Source of the DNA: an uncultured Solirubrobacterales bacterium | GTDB taxonomy: Bacteria > Actinomycetota > Thermoleophilia > Solirubrobacterales > Solirubrobacteraceae | DNA length: 64,000 nt | Direction: 5' to 3' | NCBI GenBank assembly: GCA_963842995.1 | Contig: CAWJIO010000011.1 | Coordinates: forward strand, 517,255-581,254 | In this document: piece after piece, positions 1-9,859 of the stretch | Layout: every line of letters starts with the position of its first letter | How positions within the stretch are numbered: position 1 is the first letter of the stretch | Program-made: the position numbers and the translations under genes | Notes under the pieces: generated by a model | The model's database searches: none | Told to the model about the DNA's origin: nothing | The model's input: the letters and a program-made list of their open reading frames with translations, nothing else

Positions 1-1
1 C

Positions 2-751
2 CGGGTGCTGCTGGCCGGCGACGCCGCCCACGCCTGTACTCCTGCGGAGGGTCACGGAATGAATACGGGCCTTCAGGACGCGTTCAATCTCGGCTGGAAG
101 CTTGCCCTCGTCTGCCGTGGCGAGTCAGGCCCGGATCTACTCGAAACATATGAGGTCGAGCGGCTGCCGGTCGCCAAGCGGATTGTCTCGTCAGGCGCCG
201 AAGTCGAGAGCGCGCACGCGATGGCCGGTGTGGCCGAGCGAGCCGCCCGCGATGCAGAAATCCGACGTACCTTTGCCGATCCGGAGATGGCTCGCCACGA
301 GGCGGCGGCCGCTTCCGAACTCGACCGGTCATATCCGAGGTCACGAGCGGTGGCCGGCGATGACGGCCCGGGTCTGGCGCCCGGCGTGCTCCTCCCGGAC
401 ACGGGCGCCGTCGAACCTGCCGACGGTGGTCCGCGTCCGCTGCACGCGCTCACCCACCATTCCGGCCATACGCTGCTCGTTCTCGGCGGCCCAGAGGCAG
501 ACCCGGGTAAGGTACGCGACTTGGTCGCGGAGTTAGCCCGGTTCCGTGGTCCCGTCGTCAGTTCGGTCATCGGCCTGAGTACCAGTCCGACTGACGGATC
601 GGTCGGCAGGATCGATAAGTCAACCGCGGCTCAGCTCGGCGTCGTCGGCCTGACGATACTCGCCGTGCGTCCGGACCGATATGTCGGCTTCTGTGACAAC
701 GGAGGCCATCCCGACGCGGTCGCGACCTATCTCGAGGCGCTCGTCGCGTAG
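2..751 (+). CDS. FAD-dependent monooxygenase (PheA/TfdB-like), C-terminal part; 5' end lies outside the window
   Basis: LAGDAAHACTPAEGHGMNTGLQDAFNLGWKLA motif; C-terminal VRPDRYVG. Confidence 0.9.
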   Translation, partial: RVLLAGDAAHACTPAEGHGMNTGLQDAFNLGWKLALVCRGESGPDLLETYEVERLPVAKRIVSSGAEVESAHAMAGVAERAARDAEIRRTFADPEMARHEAAAASELDRSYPRSRAVAGDDGPGLAPGVLLPDTGAVEPADGGPRPLHALTHHSGHTLLVLGGPEADPGKVRDLVAELARFRGPVVSSVIGLSTSPTDGSVGRIDKSTAAQLGVVGLTILAVRPDRYVGFCDNGGHPDAVATYLEALVA

Positions 752-897
752 CCGAGCTAGGAATCGCTCGACGTATACGCCTTTTCACGTTCTCCGCGGC
801 GGCCGGATGACCTCGAGCAGACCGGCTCCTCGAGACCGGCGGCCTAGCGGCGTCGCCGCGATTCGCGTGACGTCGGCGTTTTACGCATACTTGGCTG

Positions 898-1050
898 GTG
901 ATGGACGTACGAGCCGGAGAGCGTTCCGTCAGCAGTGGGAGGTCTGATGCCTGGACGGGTTCCGTGCTGTGGCAGCCGGGCCTGTTGTCGTACGTCGGCC
1001 CTGGGGGTTCATCGGCGTGTCACTCACACCACGCGACACAGCTAGAGTGC
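898..1050 (+). pseudogene. N-terminal fragment of an AraC-like regulator
   Basis: WTGSVLWQPGLLSYVGPGGSSACHSHHATQL resembles the HxHHAxQ N-terminus of an AraC subfamily; no HTH follows. Confidence 0.35.
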
Positions 1051-1072
1051 CGCCACCGGCAAGCCGATCTGG

Positions 1073-1355
1073 GTGAACACACACGTCCTCAGCAGTGGCG
1101 AGGGGACGTTCGGGATTCAGCCACAAGTGGGAGCTGGCCGCGTCTATCTCGCAAGCCAGTACGGAATCGGATCCGGCGGCGGGGTGTTGCTCGCACTGAA
1201 CGCGTCGACCGAGGCGGTACTGTGGAAGTTCAACACACTGCTCGGGCCCGACCGCGGCGTGCAATCTCTCGGTCTCGGCTCAGGCGGCGCGTGGGAGACA
1301 CCGCTTCTCAGCACCGGATCGGTGACCTAGGGCATCGGCAATCCGTATCAGACGC
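1073..1355 (+). pseudogene. PQQ-binding beta-propeller / PQQ dehydrogenase fragment
   Basis: GVLLALNASTEAVLWKFNT...GGAWETP...VT*GIGNPY, with an in-frame TAG at 1328-1330. Confidence 0.5.
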
Positions 1356-1561
1356 CCGCCTCTGGGGTTGCGGACCCCTCCGTTCGAGGCCCTCAATCAC
1401 GACATCACGCTAAGGGCGCCCTACGCGATCCTTCCGGGATCGCTTGGCGGCGTGCTGTCCAACATGGCCGTCGCCGGTAACAGGTCTCGGGGTTCTTGGC
1501 CGAAGAAGCGACTAACGTACTCGGCCCGATGACCAACGAACCGTCCCTTGTCTGACCGGCT

Positions 1562-3532
1562 ATGGCGGATGACGAGCGACGCCAAGCGGCCGAGACCGAA
1601 CTTCGGGTCGCCGCCGATTCGATGCTCGACGGGTTCGGAATCCTCTCGCCGGTTCGCGATGATGCCGGTGAGATCAGCGATTTTCGGTATCGGTACGTCA
1701 ACGACGCGTACTGCGCGTTTGTCGGGTTCGATCGCGGGCTGCTGCTCGGCCATCGGGTCGGGGAGCTCTTTCCGCAATTCCTGGATGGCGAGCGGTTCGA
1801 GCTCTATCGCCGCGTGGCGTTGACAGGCGAGCCCTTCCGGACCGACGAGGTGCAGCTTCCGTCAACGTGGGCGGGCACGGCGCTCGCCTCGCGGGTGTTC
1901 GACACCGTGATCGCCTCGATGGGTGAGGACCTTGTGCTGTCGGTGCGCGACATCACTGAGCGCAAACGGGCTGAGGCGGAGCTCGCACACGTCAAGACCC
2001 TGCTCGAGCGCACGCAGCAGATCAGCAAGACCGGCGGCTGGGAATACGACGTCGCCACCGGCGGGCTCACGTGGACAGATGAGGTGTATCGCATCTATGG
2101 GATCGAGCGGACCTCCGATCCACCTGATGTCGCGACGACGATCGCGGCCTACGATCAGGACAGCGCACCGATCATCGGCGCAGCATTCGAGCGCCTCGTC
2201 GCCGAGGGAGAGCCGTACGATCTCGAGCTCAGTCTGGCCCGCGCCGATGGCCAGCGGATTTGGGTGCGGACGATCGGCCGGCCCGTGTTCGAGGGCGGCA
2301 GGGTAGTGCGCGTGAACGGCGCGATCGCGGACATCACCGAGCGCAAGCAGGCCGAGCAGGAGTTGCGGCTGCGGGCTGAGCTGCTGGATCTGGCGCACGA
2401 CGCGGTGATCGTGCGTGAGCCGGTTGAGAGTCGGGTGACGTTCTGGAACCGCGAGGCGGAGACGATCTACGGCTACGATCGCGCCGAGGCGGTCGGCCGG
2501 GTCACGCACGAGCTCCTGGCGACCGTGTTCCCCGAGTCCGAGGAAGCGGTCGACGTGGCGCTCGCACAGCACGGACGGTGGGAGGGCGAGTTGCGCCACA
2601 GACGCAAGGACGGCACGGTGATCGCCGTGTCAAGCCGCCAGGCACTGGCGCGCGACGAGCACGGGCAGGCCGTGGCGATCATCGCGCTGAACTCCGATGT
2701 CACCGACCGCCGGCGAGCCGAGCAGGAGATCCGGACGCTGAACGCCGAGCTGGAGCAGCGCGTCGCCGGGCGAACGGCCGAGCTTGCGCGTGCCAACAAG
2801 GAGCTGGAGACGTTCGCGTACTCGGTCTCGCATGACCTGCGCGCGCCGCTCCGAGCGGTAGACGGGTTCAGCAAGGCACTGCTCGACGACTACGCCGATC
2901 AGCTAGACGAGGGCGGCCGGCACGATCTCGAGCGGGTTCGTGCGGGAGCCGTACGGATGGGCAACCTGATCGACGAGATCTTGCAACTCTCGCGCCTGTC
3001 GCGACGGCAATTCGAGCGCGTGCCGGTCGACCTCAGCGCTCTGGCGAACGAAGTAATCGGCGAACTGATGAGCGCTGAACCGGAGCGCCAGGTCGAGGTC
3101 GAGATCCAAGACGGGCTGCGCACCTACGTTGATCTTGCGCTCGCGCGGAGCGTGTTGCAGAACCTGCTGTCCAACGCCTACAAGTTCACCTCCAATAACG
3201 CGCGCTCCGCCATCCGCTTCGGGGCGCTCGAGCAGAACGGCGTGCCCGTGTACTTCGTCGCCGACAACGGGGCCGGGTTTGACATGGCCCACGCCGCGGA
3301 GCTGTTTCGCCCCTTCCACCGGCTGCATCGCGAGAGCGAGTTCCCGGGCGACGGGATCGGACTGGCGACCGTCGCGCGCGCGGTCCACCGCCATGCTGGG
3401 GTGATCTGGGCGGAGGGATCGGTGAACCAGGGCGCCACGTTCTACTTCAGTCTGATCCCAGGTGCACACCCGCCCGCGAACGCCGCAACGGGCGAGGACG
3501 TGATCCCCGCCTGGCGGCCAACAACACCCTGA
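1562..3532 (+). CDS. Cytoplasmic multi-PAS sensor histidine kinase
   Basis: Three PAS/PAC repeats (RDITERKRAE, DITERKQAE, DVTDRRRAE); H-box FAYSVSHDLRAPL; NLLSNAYKF, DNGAGF and GIGLA boxes. Confidence 0.95.
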   Translation: MADDERRQAAETELRVAADSMLDGFGILSPVRDDAGEISDFRYRYVNDAYCAFVGFDRGLLLGHRVGELFPQFLDGERFELYRRVALTGEPFRTDEVQLPSTWAGTALASRVFDTVIASMGEDLVLSVRDITERKRAEAELAHVKTLLERTQQISKTGGWEYDVATGGLTWTDEVYRIYGIERTSDPPDVATTIAAYDQDSAPIIGAAFERLVAEGEPYDLELSLARADGQRIWVRTIGRPVFEGGRVVRVNGAIADITERKQAEQELRLRAELLDLAHDAVIVREPVESRVTFWNREAETIYGYDRAEAVGRVTHELLATVFPESEEAVDVALAQHGRWEGELRHRRKDGTVIAVSSRQALARDEHGQAVAIIALNSDVTDRRRAEQEIRTLNAELEQRVAGRTAELARANKELETFAYSVSHDLRAPLRAVDGFSKALLDDYADQLDEGGRHDLERVRAGAVRMGNLIDEILQLSRLSRRQFERVPVDLSALANEVIGELMSAEPERQVEVEIQDGLRTYVDLALARSVLQNLLSNAYKFTSNNARSAIRFGALEQNGVPVYFVADNGAGFDMAHAAELFRPFHRLHRESEFPGDGIGLATVARAVHRHAGVIWAEGSVNQGATFYFSLIPGAHPPANAATGEDVIPAWRPTTP

Positions 3533-3541
3533 GAATGGCCG

Positions 3542-3805
3542 ATGAATGAGGACCCGCGGGCAGTTCTGTTGGCTGAGGACAACGCCGACGACGCGGATTT
3601 GACGATCCGCGGACTGAAGCGCGCGAACCTACAAACCGGGTTGATGTCGCGCGCGACGGCCACGAAGCCCTCGACTACCGGTACGGAGCCGGCGAACAAG
3701 TCCCCAAACGCGTCCCGGCTGTCGTGCTGCTCGACGTTCAAGCTACCGCGGATCCACCGTATCGAGGTCCGCAAGCGGATCCGCCCCCGACTACGACCTC
3801 CGTGA
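3542..3805 (+). pseudogene. Single-domain response regulator (Rcp1-like), frameshifted and truncated
   Basis: VLLAEDNADDADL..., then DVARDGHEALDY...VVLLDV in a shifted frame, then KLPRI in the original frame; C-terminal half is missing. Confidence 0.8.
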
Positions 3806-3910
3806 GAACGCCGCCGTTCGGATCCAGCGCTAACCGGGCGCTCACGAACGCGGAGCGGTTAGACGCCGCGCCCACGTCAGCGCAGACCCAACCGCGGCCG
3901 CGCGCGGAAT

Positions 3911-3970
3911 GTGGGAGTGGGAGTGGGAGTGGGAGTGGGAGTGGGAGTGGGAGTGGGAGTGGGAGTGGGA
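3911..3970. repeat. Perfect hexanucleotide tandem repeat (GTGGGA)x10
   Basis: Ten exact copies counted. Confidence 0.97.
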
Positions 3971-4069
3971 GCGATGGTCGGGTGGCCTAACGCGAGCGCG
4001 CGTACGCTCGCTACGCCACCCAGCTTCCAAGCCCTGGTGCGGATACCGGCCCTGAATGCCGAAGCCCGC

Positions 4070-4366
4070 TCACTCGTAGCCGGTGAACGGCTCGGTCTCG
4101 AAACTGGTGCCGGTGTCGCGCTCCTCGAAGACGTGAGTGATGCGCACTGCGGGCGGAACCCGCTCGACCCGGCTCTCAACAAGCTTCACGTTCGCGTTGT
4201 CGCCCCAGCCCAGGGCGTTCAGCCGCTCAGCCTCTGCGCCCGCGACGTCACCGGGAGTCGGATTGCTCTTGGGATAGACGTCCGTATGGTGCCGGACGAG
4301 GTCCTGCCAGTGCGAATCGCCCGCACGTTCGATCGACTCTCGAATCTGCGCGCGGGTGTATGCCAC
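4070..4366 (-). CDS. Hypothetical protein, 98 aa
   Basis: GAGGAGG RBS before GTG at 4366; globular composition (AYTRAQIRESIERAGDSHW...EPFTGYE). Confidence 0.7.
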   Translation of the reverse strand: MAYTRAQIRESIERAGDSHWQDLVRHHTDVYPKSNPTPGDVAGAEAERLNALGWGDNANVKLVESRVERVPPAVRITHVFEERDTGTSFETEPFTGYE

Positions 4367-4602
4367 TTCAGCCTCCTCACTCTTCTCGACTGGTCGTCGC
4401 CGCAAGGCTACCCGCCGTCCGCAGGCCTCTGTCGCGTTCAGGTTGGCCGATGCGTGACGCAGCAGGCCACCCTGCAGCTGCGGCACGGACCCGCGGCAAA
4501 ATCCCGGACGAGCGGCGAGATGAGCGGCGAAGGATGGAGGCCCGAGCTGTGTGCGATTGAGGCGGCCTCGGGACTCGCACATGCAGTCGGAGCACGCGGT
4601 TG

Positions 4603-5178
4603 TTAGCTCGGGCGGACCCGGGGCAGCTGCGCGCAGTGGCGCGCGAAGCCGCTGATGACCGCACGTAGTTGGTGGCGAGTCGCCTCGTCGATCAGGCGAT
4701 TGTCCTCGTCGAAGCGCTCCTGCGCGCGGTCGACGTAGAGCGATTGGCCGAACCAGGGCCGCATCTTGAGGAAGCGGAACACCGACAACCAGGCCGTCTG
4801 CGCAAACCGTGTGCCAGCGCCTCCGCCGGCGCCGATGAGCGCGACCGGCAAGTCGCCGAAGACATCCGGGATGTCGCTCGCCGGGCGCGACGCCCAGTCG
4901 ACCGCGTTCTTGAGGAAACCCGGTATCCCCCAGTTGTACTCGGGGGTCGCGATCAGAAGGCCGTCCGCTCCTCGCAGCCCGTCCTTCAGCTCCGCCACTC
5001 CAACCGGGAGGCCGTCGCGTTCCAAGATGTCTTGATTGAACAGAGGAAGTGAGCCGATCACGGCAAGTTGGCTCAGGTCCAGCTCGGTGTCGACGGGAGC
5101 CATTGCCGCGGCTTCATCGAGCAGCGCCCGGTTCTTGGAGGCGTCGCGGAGGCTTCCGCCGAAGGCGAGGATTCGCAT
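4603..5178 (-). CDS. NADPH-dependent FMN reductase
   Basis: GGSLRDASKN, IATPEYNWGIPGFLKNAVDWASR. Confidence 0.93.
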   Translation of the reverse strand: MRILAFGGSLRDASKNRALLDEAAAMAPVDTELDLSQLAVIGSLPLFNQDILERDGLPVGVAELKDGLRGADGLLIATPEYNWGIPGFLKNAVDWASRPASDIPDVFGDLPVALIGAGGGAGTRFAQTAWLSVFRFLKMRPWFGQSLYVDRAQERFDEDNRLIDEATRHQLRAVISGFARHCAQLPRVRPS

Positions 5179-5449
5179 GGTCTTGTCCTTTTCGTGCGTC
5201 GCGCTTGGGTTGTGCGAGTAGGTCGCACATCATCCGGCTGCGGCACGTCCGCCCTGGCTGCGCATCTCTGCGGTTTGGCCTGCGCAAGGCTCTGCCATCG
5301 GTCGCGACGCCACGGAGATCGGGCAAGGATCGCGTGCGAACACCCCTCGGCACGGGCCGCGGCGGAGGCTTCCGTTGAGTGGTATCCGTGCGACGGCTTG
5401 GCGCACCCGGGTATCAGCTTCCACGCCCCCGACCAGTCCGCGCTGGGCG

Positions 5450-5947
5450 CTACCTCGGCCGCAGAGCGACGACTGGTATCACGCGAGCGCCAGCCCGGCG
5501 CTGGTATGTCGCGTACCCGTTGTAGTTGTCGCAGACGATCTGCCACAGCCGCTCGCGCTCGTCGCCGTGGGTGACGATCTCGGCCCGCATCGGCCGGCGC
5601 TGCCCGTCGATCGTCACTTCAACATCCGGATAAGCCCGAACGTTGTGGAACCAAGCAGGATGCTTCCTGGCTCCCGCCTTGGACGCTACCAGCAGAACGG
5701 TGTCGCCGACCTTAGTCGCGAGCAGCGGTACCGTGCGCTCGACTCCGCTGCGGGCCCCTCGGACGTGCACCAGCACCACCGGTTGGCCAAGGCCGGTGCT
5801 CAGCCGCCCGCCGGTAAGCGGCACCAGGCGCCGGTCGACGGCCGGAAACACCGTGATGAACAAAGTTCCGCCGAGGCCGGTCTGGGCGAAGGCCTGAAGC
5901 AACTTCTCCGCGCGGGTCTTCTGGCTCTGGGGCTTGTAGTCGCGCAA
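5450..5947 (-). CDS. Deazaflavin (F420)-dependent nitroreductase-family oxidoreductase
   Basis: GARSGVERTVPL, VASKAGARKHPAWFHNVRAYP, RVIPVV; the true start may be ATG 5991 across a 1-nt deletion. Confidence 0.88.
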   Translation of the reverse strand: MRDYKPQSQKTRAEKLLQAFAQTGLGGTLFITVFPAVDRRLVPLTGGRLSTGLGQPVVLVHVRGARSGVERTVPLLATKVGDTVLLVASKAGARKHPAWFHNVRAYPDVEVTIDGQRRPMRAEIVTHGDERERLWQIVCDNYNGYATYQRRAGARVIPVVALRPR

Positions 5948-6082
5948 CGCCCGCGTAGCCTACTCGGGGTCCACGCCGCTGCTGCTTCCATGCGGGCGGG
6001 TACTGACAAGGATGCGCCACCCACCCGACTGCAGCTTCGCCCGCCACGCGACCAAGGAGCGTTCGTTCGCGAGCCTTCCCCA

Positions 6083-6463
6083 CTACAGGGCGCTGTGCCA
6101 GCGCGTCCCGCGCCGCTGGCCTGTGCGTATCACTCGCCCAACTTGCTCGAGCTCCTGCAGCCGGCTGCGGACCTCGGCGGTCGAAACGCCGAACTGCTTC
6201 GCGATCAGCGCAGCCTGATCTTCACCGTTATTGACCGCGTCGAACACCGCCTCCGCGGACGCCCCGTCCACAGTGGCACGACGCCCAGATGGCGAGCGGG
6301 AGGGCTTGGCCGCTACGTCATGATCGTTCCTCGCGACCGACGTCGTGGTGTGCTTTCCCAGCGCCCTCAGAGCCGCCAGCGCACGTTCGTGGTGATCAAT
6401 CTCGGCCCTCAGATCGACGATTCGGGCACCAATCCGCTTCGCAAACGCGCGACTGTATTCCAT
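6083..6463 (-). CDS. Small protein with N-terminal coiled coil and C-terminal winged HTH
   Basis: RIVDLRAEIDHHERALAAL heptads; IAKQFGVSTAEVRSRLQELEQVGRVIRTG. Confidence 0.65.
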   Translation of the reverse strand: MEYSRAFAKRIGARIVDLRAEIDHHERALAALRALGKHTTTSVARNDHDVAAKPSRSPSGRRATVDGASAEAVFDAVNNGEDQAALIAKQFGVSTAEVRSRLQELEQVGRVIRTGQRRGTRWHSAL

Positions 6464-6962
6464 AAGAGTCCTTTCGATATCACTGGCGAACGGAGAATAC
6501 GTATTCGCCCGAAAGGTTACAAACTCGATTGAGACGAGGCTCATGCAGTGTCCACGCGGATTGGCTGTCAGGCCGACGCGGAGCATCATCGATCACGAGC
6601 AGTCCCCTCGGCACCCACAGCCGCCGCTGCTCGCCGAGATGAGCGACTGCCGCGCTCGCTGTCTGACCCGCGACGCACTCGCCGGCCGGCGGACGAGTCC
6701 GGAGCCACTCGCGCAGCCGCTCGAAATCACGCAAAACCGCCGCCTGGCCTCGGCGTCGGCCCTCGCCATGTTCGGTCGGCTCGACTTCGATCGAGTCGAT
6801 CGCGAACCCACGGCCGGGACCGGTCGCCGCCTCCTCCGGACGCTCGTCATCCCAAGCGGCCCCGGTACAACTCAGCGATCGACTTTGTCATCTTGTCGCA
6901 GACCACAAACGCGGCGCTATTTAGCGACGGTGCGGCGAGTTGGGGCCTCCAGCCCGTGAGGA

Positions 6963-7673
6963 TCATTTTGCCGGCGGCGGAGACGGCACCCTCACAGGCT
7001 GTGTCGACACTGGCAGTGCGGCCGGGATGTAGTCGGGGCCGGTTTCAAAGGGCGCATGAATCCACCCCAGCTGAACCTCGAGGACGCGCGGCCAGGGGAT
7101 CAGATAGGCCTGCTCGATCGAGTCGTAAAGGTCCGCGTAGGAGGGAGCAGTGGTGTTGCCGCCCTTGGCGACCTGCCACTCATAGCTGGGAGTCGTCGAC
7201 CAATACAAGTTGATGCCGTAGGCTTCAACCGGACGCCCGATGCAGCCGCTACCGCCGGTGCAAGCATCAGCAAGGTACTGATGAATCGCCGTGTTATACA
7301 GAGCGACCCGCTCGCCGGCAGGTATTTGCTGCGTCATGTAAGCGTCCGGTTGCCTAATCAACTCCCACTGGTAGTTGGGCGAGGACGTTTACGTTAGGTT
7401 GACCCCGAAGGTCTCGTAGCCGTAGACGAGCGACTGAGGCTCCGCGCCGTAGTTAGGCTGCGCGCCGTCGGGGTAAGTACCCGGGCTCGACCAGGCGACT
7501 AGTTCAGTCGGAACGCCTCCATACGGTGCAAGGTCGGTACTGGACGCCCCAGGATCATCTTGCTGAACGATTTCCCAGTTCGTGACGTTGGTAGCGAGCG
7601 CGCCGGCGGGCAGGGCGAGCGCGGCGATTGCGGTGAGCGCAACGAGCGCAGTGCGAAGCTTGAAACGGAACAT
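6963..7673 (-). pseudogene. Secreted protein with internal repeats, interrupted by an in-frame TAA
   Basis: Signal peptide MFRFKLRTALVALTAIAALALPAGALA; ORFs 7389-7673 and 6963-7361 are in the same frame. Confidence 0.7.
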
Positions 7674-7779
7674 CTTGAACTCCTTTTTTAGGCTCGCCTG
7701 GCACCGCAATCGTGCGTCCCCACGCGGGTAGCCGATAGCCACCCTAGGGTTGGTTCTACCTCAACCTTCGACGCGACTG

Positions 7780-8111
7780 TTGGGTACCGAGGAGAACAGG
7801 CCGTCGTTCGGCGGTTCATCGAGCACGTCGTGTCCGGTCGCGACGTCAGCGTGGCCGATGAGGTGGTCGCGCCGGGTGACGTCAACCTTGCCTTCGAGGG
7901 CGTCGACATCGCTGCGCTGAAGGCGATGTCGAGCGCGGTGTATGCGGCGGTGGGTGAAGCGCGGATCGGGCCGCTCGAGTTGGTCGCCGAGGGGGATGCG
8001 GTGGTTGCCCGGTTCGACTACGGGTCACCCCGCCGGACGGGAGCGAGCGAACGTCACGCGTGCTCGCTGAGACCTGCGGCAGGTGGACGCCGGACGGTGC
8101 GGCAGTCATGA
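7780..8111 (+). pseudogene. SnoaL/ester cyclase family remnant
   Basis: TTG-GTEEN/AVVRRFIEHVVSGRDVSVADEVVAP...LVAEGDAVVARF; frameshift near 7798 and a degenerate 3' end. Confidence 0.65.
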
Positions 8112-8141
8112 TGGGCAGATTCGCGATCCCGAGGAGTTGAT

Positions 8142-8783
8142 ATGGGCAAGCTCAGACTCACCATCACGATGTCGCTGGACGGCTACGTAGCCGGTCCTGA
8201 CCAGAGCGAGGAGAACCCGCTCGGATTAGGCGGGATGGAGCTGCACGAGTGGTTCTTCCCGCTCAAGGAGTTCCGGGAGATGCACGGCGAGCAGGGCGGC
8301 GAAACCAACGCCAGCTCCTCGGTGGTCGAGGAACGTCGCTCAAACATCGGCGCCACGATCATGGGACGCAACATGTTCGGCGGCGGCTCCGGACCCTGGG
8401 GCGACGATCCGTGGCCAGGCTGGTGGGGCGAGAACCCGCCTTACCATCATCCGGTGTTCGTGCTCACCCATCATGCGCGCGAGCCGCTTGAGCTGAGGGG
8501 CGGCACGACTTTCCACTTCGTAACTGACGGGATCGACGCGGCGCTCGCGCAGGCCAGGAGCGCCGCCCAAGGGCAGGACATCTGGCTAGCTGGCGGCGCG
8601 TCGGTGATCAACCAGTACCTAGCTGCAGGCCTGGTCGACGAGGTCGACATCTCGATCGCTCCCGTGATCTTGGCTGGCGGCGAGCGCCTGTTCGAGGGGC
8701 TCCAGCGCGGGGGTCCCAAGCTGACGCAGGTCAGGGCCGTCGACGCACCCGGCGTCACACACATCAAATACCAGGTCGCCTGA
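8142..8783 (+). CDS. Dihydrofolate reductase-like (RibD C-terminal) protein
   Basis: MSLDGYVAGP, IMGRNMF, WLAGGASVINQYLAAGLVDE; GAGGAG RBS. Confidence 0.93.
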   Translation: MGKLRLTITMSLDGYVAGPDQSEENPLGLGGMELHEWFFPLKEFREMHGEQGGETNASSSVVEERRSNIGATIMGRNMFGGGSGPWGDDPWPGWWGENPPYHHPVFVLTHHAREPLELRGGTTFHFVTDGIDAALAQARSAAQGQDIWLAGGASVINQYLAAGLVDEVDISIAPVILAGGERLFEGLQRGGPKLTQVRAVDAPGVTHIKYQVA

Positions 8784-9055
8784 ACCACTCCTGAGCACAG
8801 ACGATCACGCTCGGCTGGCGGATCGCTCTCCGCTTTGCCGCCGGCGCGAGCATCTTCGCGAACGCCCCAGAACCCCGCGTGCAAATGCTCCGGGCGGAGC
8901 CGGACACCGCGGTGATGTCAAGTCGCGACCGCTGCAACCGTCTGATCCCGGATTGCACACTCGATGCAGTTCATCGTCGGTCCTTCGGCGACCCCTAAGC
9001 CCTGGGCGGCGCGGTGGGGTTAATCGCAAATCACAAATCAACGCGGGAGTTCGAT

Positions 9056-9146
9056 CCGCCCCACGGAGCCACCGACGAACCGGCTAGCGGCTAGCGGCGC
9101 TGCTAGCGCCTACCCGCCCCACGGAGCCACCGACGAACTGGCTAGC
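9056..9146. repeat. 33-bp direct repeat pair with 1 mismatch
   Basis: CCGCCCCACGGAGCCACCGACGAACYGGCTAGC at 9056-9088 and 9114-9146. Confidence 0.9.
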
Positions 9147-9544
9147 CGATGCGATTGGATAGGCGAATCCTGCGCAACCGCCTCGACGCTTTTCCTGGGG
9201 GCGTTCCTGGCCATGGCGAAGCCTGCGGTCCGCACGGGCCAAGGCGCCCACCGGCCCCGTCCGGTCCGCAGGTTCGCTCACCGACCGATTCTCTCAGCGC
9301 ACGATGGTCGACGACAAGCCGTGGCGCCGTTCAGGCTCGTAGAGGAACCGTCGCGGCCTTCTCGTTTGTCAGCGTCGGTTGCGATATGCGCGAGTGCGCG
9401 CTTCTACCAAGCTGCTCTGCGTGGCTCCTGCATTGCGACGAATTTGACGCTGCGCATACGCCCGGATTGACCCCGAGCGGGGCGATTCCGGTGTCGCCAT
9501 TGCGATAGCGCGGTGCCCGCCGGCGCGAGAGAGTCTCTCGCGTG

Positions 9545-9856
9545 TCAGAGCGAGCGCGTTCGGTCGATTGCCCGTGTTCTGTCGGTTTCGAGATCCGAGA
9601 CTGCCGGCGAGTCCCGCCGTGACGACCTCACGACGCCAACCGCCGATACGTCGCCAAGCTCCACGGCCAGCTCGTACGCGAGTGCGGCTGACTGCTCTTG
9701 ATCGAGCGACGCGATGGATGCCGAGTTCCGCGCGCGCTCTTCGGCAGCTGGTGCGTCGAACCACCGCTGGTAGGCAGTCGCGACCTCGCCGGCGCTCTCG
9801 CGCCACTCGAGATAGCAACCCAACATCTCATCGACGAGGTGGGCCTCGGAGGCCAA
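9545..9856 (-). CDS. Hypothetical helical protein
   Basis: LVDEMLGCYLEWRESAGEVATAYQRW...LDQEQSAALAY, a protein-like pattern. Confidence 0.6.
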   Translation of the reverse strand: MASEAHLVDEMLGCYLEWRESAGEVATAYQRWFDAPAAEERARNSASIASLDQEQSAALAYELAVELGDVSAVGVVRSSRRDSPAVSDLETDRTRAIDRTRSL

Positions 9857-9859
9857 AGG

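Noticed and set aside
3842..4606. ORFs with HS, PT, VG or GS dipeptide runs
   Set aside because: These are translations of the hexamer tract; the flanking sequence is not protein-like
7389..7391. Stop-codon recoding
   Set aside because: A single TAA case; other genes use standard stops, so mutation is the simpler explanation
9056..9146. Possible CRISPR array
   Set aside because: Only two copies, and no cas genes in the window
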